From Flavobacteriaceae bacterium (GTDB taxonomy: Bacteria > Bacteroidota > Bacteroidia > Flavobacteriales > Flavobacteriaceae): DNA of 64,000 bases. Each line of letters begins with the position of its first letter. Position 1 is the first letter of the stretch. Both the position numbers and the translations under genes were made by a program. Shown here piece by piece: positions 8,852-18,333 of this stretch. The stretch is taken from contig JAFMLQ010000006.1 of NCBI GenBank assembly GCA_017852075.1, positions 297-64,296 on the forward strand. Reading direction: 5' to 3'. A model generated the notes under the pieces. That model saw only the letters and a program-made list of their open reading frames with translations, ran no database searches and had not been told where the DNA came from.

Positions 8852-9013
8852 TTACTTTTTCCAGGTTCCCCCATAGCGATAAAAGGGATTTTCGTGTTTG
8901 ACGGAAAGCAGGCAGTTTTTGCATAAAAACACCCAATCACGTTGTGCTTGATATTGGGCACGATACATCACATCAAACTCTTTTTTGCAATTCGCACAAT
9001 TTTTTTTTCGCAT
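8852..9013 (-). CDS. Small zinc-ribbon-like protein, 53 aa (MRKKNCANCKKEFDVMYRAQYQAQRDWVFLCKNCLLSVKHENPFYRYGGTWKK)
   Basis: ORF below the track cutoff, found by hand-translating the 423-nt gap. It has two CxxC pairs 21 residues apart. A GGAGGG sits 5 nt upstream of the ATG (complement of 9019-9024), and a TAATTTTA box lies further upstream on the minus strand. Confidence 0.5.
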   Translation of the reverse strand: MRKKNCANCKKEFDVMYRAQYQAQRDWVFLCKNCLLSVKHENPFYRYGGTWKK

Positions 9014-9046
9014 AAATACCCTCCTCTAGGTAGCTAAAATTAAATG

Positions 9047-9054
9047 TAAATTTG
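9047..9054 (+). promoter_or_regulatory. Bacteroidetes -7 promoter box TAAATTTG for the DedA/YqaA gene
   Basis: Exact match to TAnnTTTG, 15 nt upstream of the ATG at 9070. It overlaps the TTG at 9052, which argues against that upstream start. Confidence 0.45.
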
Positions 9055-9069
9055 TTGCAAACCCAAAAG

Positions 9070-9519
9070 ATGGAATACTTTTTAGAATGGGGATATTTTG
9101 GATTGTTTGTCTCTAGTTTTTTAGCCGCTACAGTACTTCCTTTAAGTTCTGAACTGGTGTTGAGTGTGGTACTGGCTAATCAGTATTCGCTTGTGTTAAG
9201 TATATTTCTGGCTACTTTGGGAAATTGGCTGGGAGGTCTTAGTAGTTATGGATTGGGTCGTTTAGCAAAGTGGTCTTTGTTAGAGCGCTTTTTTGGAATC
9301 AAAGAAACCCAAGTCAAGAAAATGAAAGTACAAATCAGTCGTTGGGGAAGTACACTCGCATTACTTTGTTGGCTCCCCATTGTTGGTGATTTATTTGCAG
9401 TAGGTTTGGGTTTTTTTCGGGTTGACTTGCTCAAAGTCAGTATATGGATGTTGGTAGGCAAGTTGTTTCGTTACATCCTTTGGGGAACTTTGACGCTCTG
9501 GGGATTAAATTTTTTTTAG
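9070..9519 (+). CDS. DedA/YqaA-family (SNARE-associated) membrane protein
   Basis: About 149 aa with 4 TM. The pattern LPLSSELVL ... GNWLGG ... LCWLPIVGD is typical of YqaA-type DedA proteins. Confidence 0.7.
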   Translation: MEYFLEWGYFGLFVSSFLAATVLPLSSELVLSVVLANQYSLVLSIFLATLGNWLGGLSSYGLGRLAKWSLLERFFGIKETQVKKMKVQISRWGSTLALLCWLPIVGDLFAVGLGFFRVDLLKVSIWMLVGKLFRYILWGTLTLWGLNFF

Positions 9520-9537
9520 TTTCACAAAAAAAAGACA

Positions 9538-10155
9538 ATGATAAAACGCAATCCTATAGAAGTTTTTAGTGAATGGGCAGATTTAGACAAAGATTTGGGT
9601 ATGGAAAAAAACCACAATAAATCGGTTGAAAAAATGCTCGATTATGCTTTAAAAGATCCGATTAAAGCCTTTTCATTTATCGATGCAGGATGCGGAAACG
9701 GTTGGGTGGTTCGCAAGGTGGCGCAACTAAAATCATGCCTCCATGCTGAAGGAGTGGATGGTTCAGAAAACATGATCCAAAAAGCCAAAAAAATTGACCC
9801 TTCTCTATCCTATTCCTGTGCAGATCTAATGGTGTGGAATCCTAAAACTAAAGTAGATATTGTCCATTCTATGGAGGTTCTTTATTATTTAGACGACCCC
9901 AAAGCAGTCATACAAAGAATTTTCAGCGATTGGCTGAAACCCAAAGGGAGACTGATTATTGGGATTGATTTCTACTTGGAAAACAAAGTTTCCCACAACT
10001 GGTCCGAAAGCTGTGGAATAAACAATATGAAACTTTTTAGCCAACAAGAGTGGTTCAGTTTTTTTACAGCGGCTGGTTTTCAAAACATGGCGTCTTGGCA
10101 CCAAGGTGCACAAAAAAATTGGGCTGGAACTTTAATAATTACTGGGGTAAAATAA
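9538..10155 (+). CDS. Class I SAM-dependent methyltransferase
   Basis: Motif I (IDAGCGNGW) plus a downstream acidic loop; 205 aa. Confidence 0.75.
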   Translation: MIKRNPIEVFSEWADLDKDLGMEKNHNKSVEKMLDYALKDPIKAFSFIDAGCGNGWVVRKVAQLKSCLHAEGVDGSENMIQKAKKIDPSLSYSCADLMVWNPKTKVDIVHSMEVLYYLDDPKAVIQRIFSDWLKPKGRLIIGIDFYLENKVSHNWSESCGINNMKLFSQQEWFSFFTAAGFQNMASWHQGAQKNWAGTLIITGVK

Positions 10156-10956
10156 TCATTCTTTATTGTACCGTCCAGGTGCCAACTTTTTACTAAAAAG
10201 AGGAAATAGAGAATGAGGTAAAACTTTCAATAAAAAAACAATCAATTTAAAAGTCTTTGTAGGTATACTAACTCTTTTTCCTTTCAACGTTGCATTTACT
10301 GCTACTTGGGCTATGCGATGCGCCTCTTTTTTCATAAAAGAAGGAACACGATCCATTTCCTGCTGAACTCCACTAGCTGTATGAAAATTCGTAACAGTAT
10401 AACCCGGACAGACTGCTGTAGATGTAATTCCCATAGCGTTATAACTCAAATTTAATCCTTCACTAAAACGGTTGATGAAGGTTTTTATAGGGCCGTACAA
10501 GGTTTGAATGGATGAAGGAGGTGCAAATGCAGCAACAGAAGAAATCATCATAATTTTACCTTGTTTTTTGGTAATCATATTGGGTAAAAAGATTTTGGTC
10601 AAAGCCACCACTGCAATACCTAAAACTCGTAAAAAATTTTCCTCAGCTTCCATGGGGGTTTTATGAAATGCGGTGGGCAGAGCGTAGCCCGCATTATTAA
10701 CCAACAGCGAGATAAAGTAACCCTTTTCTTGACAAAATTCAAAAATAGCCTTTGGAGCCTTGGGGTCCTCCAAATCACTTACAAAATAAGTGGCAGTAGC
10801 ATTGTGTTTAGCAATTAAATCTTGACATACCTCTTTTAATTTTTTTTCACTTCTAGCAACAAGCACCAAGGAAAAACCCTTGCTGGCTAGGACTTTTGAA
10901 ATCTCTAAACCAATTCCGGAGGAAGCTCCTGTTATTAAAGCAAATTCTTTTTTCAT
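10156..10956 (-). CDS. SDR-family oxidoreductase
   Basis: Contains TGASSGIG, NNAG and YGPIK (YxxxK); 266 aa. Confidence 0.8.
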   Translation of the reverse strand: MKKEFALITGASSGIGLEISKVLASKGFSLVLVARSEKKLKEVCQDLIAKHNATATYFVSDLEDPKAPKAIFEFCQEKGYFISLLVNNAGYALPTAFHKTPMEAEENFLRVLGIAVVALTKIFLPNMITKKQGKIMMISSVAAFAPPSSIQTLYGPIKTFINRFSEGLNLSYNAMGITSTAVCPGYTVTNFHTASGVQQEMDRVPSFMKKEAHRIAQVAVNATLKGKRVSIPTKTFKLIVFLLKVLPHSLFPLFSKKLAPGRYNKE

Positions 10957-11125
10957 CTGTTAATATTTATTGTTTTTTCAATGGTTAGACTGAACATGCA
11001 AATTATCTTATCGGTGTGTGATTTGAACATGATCTTGCATATTTCATTTGTTCATTTTTGTCTAGAGCTCTCAAGGTAACGAATCTTTTCAATTGGAATT
11101 TCCTATCTAAAAAAATTACTCTTTA

Positions 11126-11133
11126 TATATTTG
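11126..11133 (+). promoter_or_regulatory. -7 promoter box TATATTTG
   Basis: Exact TAnnTTTG, 21 nt upstream of the ATG at 11155. Confidence 0.4.
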
Positions 11134-11154
11134 TGCATTTCATACTCTTAACCG

Positions 11155-11664
11155 ATGAAGTATTTATTCGCTTTCTCATTCTTTTTAAGCTTGAGTTTTC
11201 AATCTAAACTAACCGCCCAAAACCTTTTTAAATCTTTTGTTTTTCAGATGCCCCTAGACGAAGCAAAACAAGTTTTGGATGATGAATCAAAAGAATTGAA
11301 AAATCTGTCTTTTGGAAATGGCACCTTCTATGCCATTAGAAAAAAATCACTGGTGGGGAAGGACGGAAAGTTAGTCAGTTTAAACATAGGGAGTAAAAAA
11401 AATTTAAACCTCAATCAAGCAGAAACCTATTTGAAAAAATGCCGTACTTATTTTGAATCCAAAAAATATACAGTGGTCTATGCACAGGAAAACTGGAATA
11501 AGCCAGTTTTAGTTAAAAAAAATCTTCCTGGTATTCGGTTTGTCGATCCCGACAAAACTGTTTTGATAGAAGTTGACCCAAGAGGACAAGGGAGTGTGTA
11601 CAATGTGTTCATTACCTTTTACAATTATGAGTGGTTTCTCAAGAAAGCTCGAGGACAGGAATAG
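11155..11664 (+). CDS. Hypothetical exported protein
   Basis: 169 aa with an N-terminal signal peptide (FFLSLSFQSKLTAQ). I recognise no motif. Confidence 0.55.
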   Translation: MKYLFAFSFFLSLSFQSKLTAQNLFKSFVFQMPLDEAKQVLDDESKELKNLSFGNGTFYAIRKKSLVGKDGKLVSLNIGSKKNLNLNQAETYLKKCRTYFESKKYTVVYAQENWNKPVLVKKNLPGIRFVDPDKTVLIEVDPRGQGSVYNVFITFYNYEWFLKKARGQE

Positions 11665-12597
11665 CTAGAGGTCAATATTGATTCCCAGGCCTAAAAGCTC
11701 ACGAACCTGTAGGTCTTTAAGAAGATCGTCGTCATACAAAAGGTGAAGCACAAAATTGCCGGAAACTTTATTGTTTACTTTAAAACGGAAGTTCGCATTC
11801 CAGTCAAAATCCACATTTTGAGTTTTTTCAAGATAGTTCACATAGATGCTAAAATTGTTTTCCCAAATAATATTTTTCATAACCTCTTTCTTAAAATAAC
11901 CCGAGATTAAAGCTCCAAAAAAGAGTTTACTGCTTTTATTGGGATCTACACCAAAATATTTTTCCCCTTCTGCAAGATTACTCGTGTATTTTTTTGAGAC
12001 CATAATTGCACGACCAGTCACGGGAGAAAGGTTGACTCTAAAATCATTGCTCTTTTTGTAATACCATCCCAAACCTGCTTGAAGAATGAGAGGAGATAAA
12101 AACTGCGAAATTTTTTCTCTTTTTTCCAGCCCATCTTCTTTATAATATCGATAGCCTGGTAACAACTGTGTTTTTATATTGAGAAGCCCCGAGTAATTCC
12201 AGTTTTGATTGATCTGTTTTCCTACTAGCGACCCAATTTCAAAACGGTCGTCCGCTTTTTTTAAAAATTTATTCCCAGAGATGTATGTTGTTCCAACTGA
12301 TAACAGCAAATTCGTGTCCCAAACCAAACCACTTCGGTCGGAATAGTTAAAATTATAATCCAGTCCATACAAAAAAGTCAGAGCACTCTCCCCTCCCGAA
12401 ATCCAATTGGAAAAATAGGCTTGATTAAAATTAAACCGGGTATTCCCGTAAAACTTCATTCGCTTTCCTCCCATTTCAGATTGAATGACTGCATCAAAGG
12501 GCAATTCTTCATCCAGAGAATCTTCTTCTTGTGCAAAGAGGGAGAAAAAAAAAGTGGAGAAAATCAAGCTAAAAGTGAGTAGGTTTTTTATCAACAT
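11665..12597 (-). CDS. DUF3078-like outer-membrane beta-barrel protein
   Basis: Signal peptide, the FSNWISGGES motif, alternating beta-strand pattern and a C-terminal aromatic-rich end; 310 aa. Confidence 0.6.
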   Translation of the reverse strand: MLIKNLLTFSLIFSTFFFSLFAQEEDSLDEELPFDAVIQSEMGGKRMKFYGNTRFNFNQAYFSNWISGGESALTFLYGLDYNFNYSDRSGLVWDTNLLLSVGTTYISGNKFLKKADDRFEIGSLVGKQINQNWNYSGLLNIKTQLLPGYRYYKEDGLEKREKISQFLSPLILQAGLGWYYKKSNDFRVNLSPVTGRAIMVSKKYTSNLAEGEKYFGVDPNKSSKLFFGALISGYFKKEVMKNIIWENNFSIYVNYLEKTQNVDFDWNANFRFKVNNKVSGNFVLHLLYDDDLLKDLQVRELLGLGINIDL

Positions 12598-12704
12598 GAA
12601 AGGTTAGTTATTTAAAATTTGCCGTTTTTTAAAAATATAGATTTATTTTATTGAATTAAAAACGAGATCTTTATTATTATATTGCTTATTAAATTTGATA
12701 AAAA

Positions 12705-13952
12705 TTGAGAACACTATTTTTAATACTTTTCGGACTGATAGGATCTTCTTGCCTCTCAATATATTCCCAAAGCTTAGATGCCAAAACAACAGACTTAACT
12801 TCTAAAGTGGCCGAGTTGATGGATTACGGAATTCAAAACAAAGCCTTTCCCGGAGCTCAAGTCTTGATTTTCAAAAAAGATACGCTTCGACTTCTTGAAG
12901 CCTACGGCTATCATACGTACGACTCCTTAACTCCTGTGTCTAAAAATCACCTCTACGACTTAGCATCGGTTACCAAAGTATTGGGAAGTACACTTGCCTT
13001 GATGAAACTCTATGAGCTTTATAATCTCGATATTGAAGCACCTGTTTCTCAATGGATCCCTATGCTTAAAAGAAGTGATAAAAAAACCCATAACCTCAAA
13101 CAGATTTTAAGTCATAGTGCAGGATGGCAACCCTATATTGCCCATCAAAATTTGGTGTACAACAAAAGAGGAGACTTTAAACGGAATACACTTTCCCACA
13201 ATAAAAGCGAACGTTTTCCATACCCTGTGAGTGACTCATTGTTTGTTCATAAACGCTATCAAAAAAAGATCTTTCGGCGTATCAAAAAAACAAAGCTAAC
13301 CCCTTTGGGAGAGATGGTTTATTCAGGAATGTTTTATTTTTTTATGCCTCAATTAGTTCAACAACTCAGTAACCTTAGTTTTCCTGAGTTTTTGAATACT
13401 CATTTTTTTAAACCTATGGAATTACAAGGCATAACCTTTTTGCCTACTGAAAAATTTCCGAAAACTGATATTGTTCCCACAGAACGCGATAGTCTGTTCA
13501 GAAAGCAACTCGTCCACGGATGGGTGCATGACGAGGCTGCTTCGCTTATGGGCGGGGTTTCAGGCAATGCTGGGCTTTTCGCTAATGCTTCCTCCATAGC
13601 TCCCTTATTACAAATGTTACTTCAAAAAGGTAGTTACAAAGGAAATCAGTATTTAAAACCTGAAACCATTGCTCTTTTTAGTGAACGGACGTATCCTGAA
13701 AGTGATAACCGCAGAGGATTAGGGTTTGACAAACCCACTTTAGAACCGGGAGAAGACCGCTATCCCTCGCCACGGGTAAGTCCTGAAACTTTTGGTCATA
13801 CTGGCTATACTGGTACCATGATATGGATCGATCCTACTAATGATTGTTTTGTGATTCTTTTAACCAATCGCGTTTATCCATCACGCACCCAAAGAGGTTT
13901 GTATCAACTAAATATCCGACCACTACTCTTAGACTATGCCGTTCAAGATTAA
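12705..13952 (+). CDS. Serine hydrolase of the class C beta-lactamase / DD-peptidase family (lipoprotein-type signal)
   Basis: Contains SVTK (SxxK) and HTGYTG (KTG-like). The N-terminus LIGSSC is a lipobox. The TTG start is the only start candidate before the signal peptide. Confidence 0.75.
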   Translation: MRTLFLILFGLIGSSCLSIYSQSLDAKTTDLTSKVAELMDYGIQNKAFPGAQVLIFKKDTLRLLEAYGYHTYDSLTPVSKNHLYDLASVTKVLGSTLALMKLYELYNLDIEAPVSQWIPMLKRSDKKTHNLKQILSHSAGWQPYIAHQNLVYNKRGDFKRNTLSHNKSERFPYPVSDSLFVHKRYQKKIFRRIKKTKLTPLGEMVYSGMFYFFMPQLVQQLSNLSFPEFLNTHFFKPMELQGITFLPTEKFPKTDIVPTERDSLFRKQLVHGWVHDEAASLMGGVSGNAGLFANASSIAPLLQMLLQKGSYKGNQYLKPETIALFSERTYPESDNRRGLGFDKPTLEPGEDRYPSPRVSPETFGHTGYTGTMIWIDPTNDCFVILLTNRVYPSRTQRGLYQLNIRPLLLDYAVQD

Positions 13953-14619
13953 GGTAATTTTTCTCGCAAATTTATTTGTGGGAGGTCTCTTTGGACAAAC
14001 GCTCCCAGAAGGCTTTGTTTTTCTAAAAGAGCATATTCCAGACTTGAAAGTAACCCTTCGCTATGCCACATCTGATAATTTTATGGGACGTGTAGTAAAC
14101 GGATATCTTCCTAATCAAAAAGTTGTTGGGACAGTTCTCTTGGCACAGGCACTAAAAAAAGCACAGTTAAAATTAAAAAAAGAAGGTCTCGGTATTAAAA
14201 TCTTTGATGCCTATAGGCCCCAACGTGCTGTGGACCATTTTGTGCAGTGGTCCCAGTATCCTAAGGACACCTTGACCAAATCCAAATATTATCCTCAACT
14301 TCCCAAAGATCGTTTATTTGAATTAGGCTATATCGCTAAAAAAAGCGGTCATAGCCGAGGGAGTACTGTGGATCTCACTTTAGTTTACTTAACTGGAAAG
14401 AACCAAGGTAAGGTTCTTGATATGGGAGGGGATTGGGATTATTTTGGGCAGCGCTCCCATTATGATTTTAAGCCTCTGAACCGCCTTCAAAAAGAAAATC
14501 GAAAACGACTTCGAGAAGTTATGCGCGCTGTCGGATTCAAACCCTATGAAAAAGAATGGTGGCATTTTACCTTGAGCCAAGAACCCTTTCCTAATGACTA
14601 TTTTGATTTTGTCCCTTGA
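13936..14619 (+). CDS. D-alanyl-D-alanine dipeptidase (M15, VanX/DdpX family) with signal peptide
   Basis: Contains AYRP, the SGHSRGSTVDL zinc ligand block and the EWWHF motif. It has a hydrophobic N-terminal leader and overlaps the upstream gene by 17 nt. Confidence 0.8.
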   Translation: MPFKIKVIFLANLFVGGLFGQTLPEGFVFLKEHIPDLKVTLRYATSDNFMGRVVNGYLPNQKVVGTVLLAQALKKAQLKLKKEGLGIKIFDAYRPQRAVDHFVQWSQYPKDTLTKSKYYPQLPKDRLFELGYIAKKSGHSRGSTVDLTLVYLTGKNQGKVLDMGGDWDYFGQRSHYDFKPLNRLQKENRKRLREVMRAVGFKPYEKEWWHFTLSQEPFPNDYFDFVP

Positions 14620-14655
14620 AATAAATGTTATATCCCAAAAACTGTAGAAAAGTAT

Positions 14656-16119
14656 TTACGGCCTTAGGCTTTCAGGGAAAACAGATAAATCGATCTCCCA
14701 AAGTACGGGGAGTAAGAAATAAACTAATAAAGTAATCAGGAGAATAGAAAATAAATTCATTGCGATTCCTCGAGAAACCATATCGGGGATTTTTAAATAC
14801 CCAGAGCCAAAAACCACTGCGTTTGGAGGTGTTGCCACTGGGAGCATAAAAGCGCAAGAGGCTGCTACAGCAGCGCCTACCATCAGGCCAAAAGGGTGGA
14901 TCCCAATTTCCAAAGCCAGGGGAGCCAGAACTGGCAGCAACATTGCTGTAGTGGCTAAGTTTGAGGTGATTTCTGTTAAAAAATTTACTGCCGTAACCAA
15001 GAGGAGTATCAATACAAACAAAGGCAATCCTCCAAAAGCCGTCATCAATTCACCCAACCAAATCGCCAATCCGCTGGTTTCAAATGCTTTTGCCAAGGCC
15101 ATTCCTCCACCAAAAAGGAGAATGATTCCCCAAGGCAAATGAGTAGTATCGTTCCAATTTAATAACGCTTTATTCTTGTTTTTTGAGGGCAAAACAAACA
15201 AAAGCAAGCCAAAACTAACCGCTATGATTGTGTCGTCTAATGCAGGAAGAAAATCCTGTAAGAGGTACGACCTACTAATCCAACAAAATCCTGCCAAGGC
15301 AAAAATAATGGCTACACGACGCTCTTCGTGAGAAATGGGACCTAACTCTTTTTTTAATCTTGCAATCTCAGCCTTACCTCCAGGAAATTCGGTTTGTTTG
15401 AACGTATAGGCTGCACGGGTCAAGTAAAACCAACAAAAAATCAATAAGGTAATTGAAATAGGGAAGCCAAAAAGAAACCACTCCAAAAATGTAATTTCAT
15501 AACCATAGGTTTCTGAAATTACACCAGCCAAAACCAAATTGGGTGGGGTTCCTATGAGTGTTGCCACTCCACCAATAGAAGCGCTATAGGCAATTCCCAA
15601 CATAAGTGCTTTTCCGAAAATTTTGTTTTCATCTTCAATGGTGGCCGGGTTATCTTTCAGCTCTTTAATAATGGCAATTCCAATAGGAAGCATCATTACA
15701 GAAGTGGCTGTATTTGAAATCCACATGGACAAAAAAGCGGTAGCCACCATAAAACCCAAAATAACGTTTCGCACATCAGATCCGATGAATGAAATGATAT
15801 TGATGGCAATGCGTTTGTGCAAATTCCATTTTTCAATCCCAATGGCAATCAAAAAACCTCCCAAATACAAAAAGACAAACCGATGTCCAAAGGCAGCTGT
15901 AGTTGTGGAAAGATCCATTCCTCCTGAAAGTGGAAAAAGTACAATGGGTAAAAGAGCCGTTGCTGCGATTGGGACAGCCTCGGTAATCCACCATATTGCC
16001 ACCCAAAAAGTTGTCGCTAAGACCGCTTGACCTTCTTGAGGCAGTCCTTCAAAAGGGCCCATAAAAAGTAATAAGAAAAAACTCAGAGGTCCAAGGAGAA
16101 AACCAATTCTTTTTTGCAT
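14656..16119 (-). CDS. DASS/SLC13-family anion:sodium symporter
   Basis: A multi-TM protein with the duplicated SNTAT / SNLATT hairpin motifs characteristic of DASS transporters. I set the start at MQKRIG (16119) to avoid a 47-nt overlap with the upstream gene. Confidence 0.75.
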   Translation of the reverse strand: MQKRIGFLLGPLSFFLLLFMGPFEGLPQEGQAVLATTFWVAIWWITEAVPIAATALLPIVLFPLSGGMDLSTTTAAFGHRFVFLYLGGFLIAIGIEKWNLHKRIAINIISFIGSDVRNVILGFMVATAFLSMWISNTATSVMMLPIGIAIIKELKDNPATIEDENKIFGKALMLGIAYSASIGGVATLIGTPPNLVLAGVISETYGYEITFLEWFLFGFPISITLLIFCWFYLTRAAYTFKQTEFPGGKAEIARLKKELGPISHEERRVAIIFALAGFCWISRSYLLQDFLPALDDTIIAVSFGLLLFVLPSKNKNKALLNWNDTTHLPWGIILLFGGGMALAKAFETSGLAIWLGELMTAFGGLPLFVLILLLVTAVNFLTEITSNLATTAMLLPVLAPLALEIGIHPFGLMVGAAVAASCAFMLPVATPPNAVVFGSGYLKIPDMVSRGIAMNLFSILLITLLVYFLLPVLWEIDLSVFPESLRP

Positions 16120-16123
16120 AATT

Positions 16124-16567
16124 TTAGTTTGATGCAGAAGTGTGGTCCGATATGACCAGCCACTTTCCATCCTGTTTTAACCAGGTTAATGTAAAATATC
16201 CGTTACTGTCCTCAATTTCTCGAGTTAAATAAAATGACCCTTGGAGTTGTACCACATTAGAACTCAACTGCGTCATACTCAATACATCAAAGTTCAATTC
16301 CCCCATAAGGACTCGATTGTGATAACTTTTCTTGTAGCGATTGCGAGTCGCTTCCCAACCATAAATGGGTCCTGAAGCTCCCGAAAAAACCAAAAAATCT
16401 GTTTTTATATATCCCTCCATAAATGCGTCAATATCTCCTCGGTTCCAATCTTCTTGCTGCTTGAACAATGTCTTTGTTATTGCTATCGAGTCGGATTTAG
16501 AGACCCTTTTTTGAGCAAAAATACAGGTGGAAAAAAATAAAATCAAGAGCCCAAAACAGTATCTCAT
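16124..16567 (-). CDS. NTF2-like/SnoaL-like (DUF4440-type) exported protein
   Basis: 147 aa with a signal peptide. It shows the WNRGDIDAF pattern and a C-terminal GKWLVISDH typical of the fold. Confidence 0.55.
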   Translation of the reverse strand: MRYCFGLLILFFSTCIFAQKRVSKSDSIAITKTLFKQQEDWNRGDIDAFMEGYIKTDFLVFSGASGPIYGWEATRNRYKKSYHNRVLMGELNFDVLSMTQLSSNVVQLQGSFYLTREIEDSNGYFTLTWLKQDGKWLVISDHTSASN

Positions 16568-18172
16568 CTACTCTGATTTTAAAGTTGGATATTGAATATT
16601 GAGTTGCTCTAAATAAGTGTCGTATTTGGTTTCATCAAAATAAAACTGTTCCAATTGAGGGCGGTATTGCTTCATAATTTCTTTGTTCAGATAAATTGGT
16701 GGGGGATCTTTTTCTGAAATCATGGGACGGTATTGAGTTTCTTTGCTTTGGACGTTTTCAAAATAAGCTTTTGCTTCTGAAAGAAGTAGGGGCTGGGTCA
16801 AAAAGTCAATGACCGTAGCTGCAACAACTTTAGCTCCAGCGGTAGCGCCTTTATGTGCAATAGGGGTTGCCATTGCAATAGCATTGGACCAATGATGGCC
16901 TTGCAACCCTGGAATATTTGACGGAAAGCGCAATGTCACCGTAGGAATAGTCCAAGAGATGTCTCCAATGTCATCAGAACCTCCACTTATGGGGTTTTTT
17001 TGTGGCTTACCTAGTTCAGATAACTCGGTAGCCAGTCCTTTTAGATTTTTTGAGTTAACCTCTTTTTGAACGGCCTGAGCAAGTTGCTGATCTGCCTCAG
17101 ACCATTCAGGAAGACCTACGTTTTGGATGTTCTCGTACATGGTTTCCGCAATGACTTTGTTAAAATGTCGTGGCCAAGCACTACCTAACACTCGGGAACT
17201 TACTTTCGTTTTGGTCATTAAAGCTGCGCCTTCTGCGATGTGGTTTGCGTCGTCATACATTTCCATAATTCCTTCATAGGTAATGTCTCTAAAGTAATAC
17301 CAAATAGAAGCTTTGGAGGGCACCACGTTGGGTTGGTCTCCAGCGTCTGTAAAAATGGAGTGAGACCGCTTTAATGGATGTAGATGTTCTCTTTTATAAT
17401 TCCAACCCACATTCATCAATTCCGCTGCGTCTAGTGCGCTTCGACCTCGCCAAGGTGAACCTGCAGAATGCGCAGATTCTCCTTCGAAGGTGTATTCTAC
17501 TGAAATTAAACCTGTTCCTCTAGCTTGACCATAAGATACAGAAAGGTTACTGCTCACATGAGTAAAAATGCACATGTCAATTTTATCAAAATAGCCGTCA
17601 CGTACATACCACGCTTTTGAGGCCACAAGCTCCTCGGCTATGCCTGGCCAAATGACAAGGGTACCGCCTAAATTATTTTTTTTCATTTGTTCTTGCAAAG
17701 ACAATGCGGCTGTGATAATCACTGGAATCCCAGAATTATGCCCTTCTCCATGACCAGGGGCTCCTTCAACCATAGGTTTGTGATAGGCCACCCCAGGATA
17801 TTGTGATGCTTTAGGAATACAATCTACATCACTTCCCAAAGCAATCACAGGACCTTCACCAAAGGACCAAGTCGCCATCCAAGAAGTAGGAATTCCAGAA
17901 AGTCCCGTTTTTAACTCAAAACCTGCTTCTTCCAATATTTTGGTCAAATAGGCAGAGGATTCATATTCTTGAAAACCCAATTCTGCAAAACTAAATACCT
18001 TATCAACCATCACCTGGGTATTCTTATGTTGTGCTTGAACTTGATTTAGAGTTTCTGTTTTTATCTTCTCAATCTTTCGTTTTGAAAGTTTTTGTTGGGC
18101 ATGAGTTACCGAAAACTGAAAAGTAAATATCAAAAAAAAGACTTTGGAAAATTGATGTAAAGTATATTTCAT
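16568..18172 (-). CDS. M20-family amidohydrolase/peptidase (AbgB-like), exported
   Basis: Contains the GHGEGHNSG metal-binding block and an M20 dimerisation insert. The signal peptide begins at MKYTLHQ, so I moved the start to 18172. Confidence 0.7.
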   Translation of the reverse strand: MKYTLHQFSKVFFLIFTFQFSVTHAQQKLSKRKIEKIKTETLNQVQAQHKNTQVMVDKVFSFAELGFQEYESSAYLTKILEEAGFELKTGLSGIPTSWMATWSFGEGPVIALGSDVDCIPKASQYPGVAYHKPMVEGAPGHGEGHNSGIPVIITAALSLQEQMKKNNLGGTLVIWPGIAEELVASKAWYVRDGYFDKIDMCIFTHVSSNLSVSYGQARGTGLISVEYTFEGESAHSAGSPWRGRSALDAAELMNVGWNYKREHLHPLKRSHSIFTDAGDQPNVVPSKASIWYYFRDITYEGIMEMYDDANHIAEGAALMTKTKVSSRVLGSAWPRHFNKVIAETMYENIQNVGLPEWSEADQQLAQAVQKEVNSKNLKGLATELSELGKPQKNPISGGSDDIGDISWTIPTVTLRFPSNIPGLQGHHWSNAIAMATPIAHKGATAGAKVVAATVIDFLTQPLLLSEAKAYFENVQSKETQYRPMISEKDPPPIYLNKEIMKQYRPQLEQFYFDETKYDTYLEQLNIQYPTLKSE

Positions 18173-18333
18173 TTTGGATAAATTAATCTCTAAAGTACAA
18201 ATAAATTGATTTGCCAAACTTTTTAAAACCCTTTCGCCTTAGGTTTGGGTTTGTTTTATTTTGACAATTTGCTAATCAAGTCTATTTTCCCTTGATACGT
18301 CCAGTAGCTTAGCGGCTTTTATTTTTTTACAGA

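Noticed and set aside
10096-10110. TGGCAC-N5-TGCA, a near-consensus sigma-54 element
   Set aside because: It lies inside the 3' end of the methyltransferase CDS and points at a convergent gene, so there is nothing for it to transcribe.
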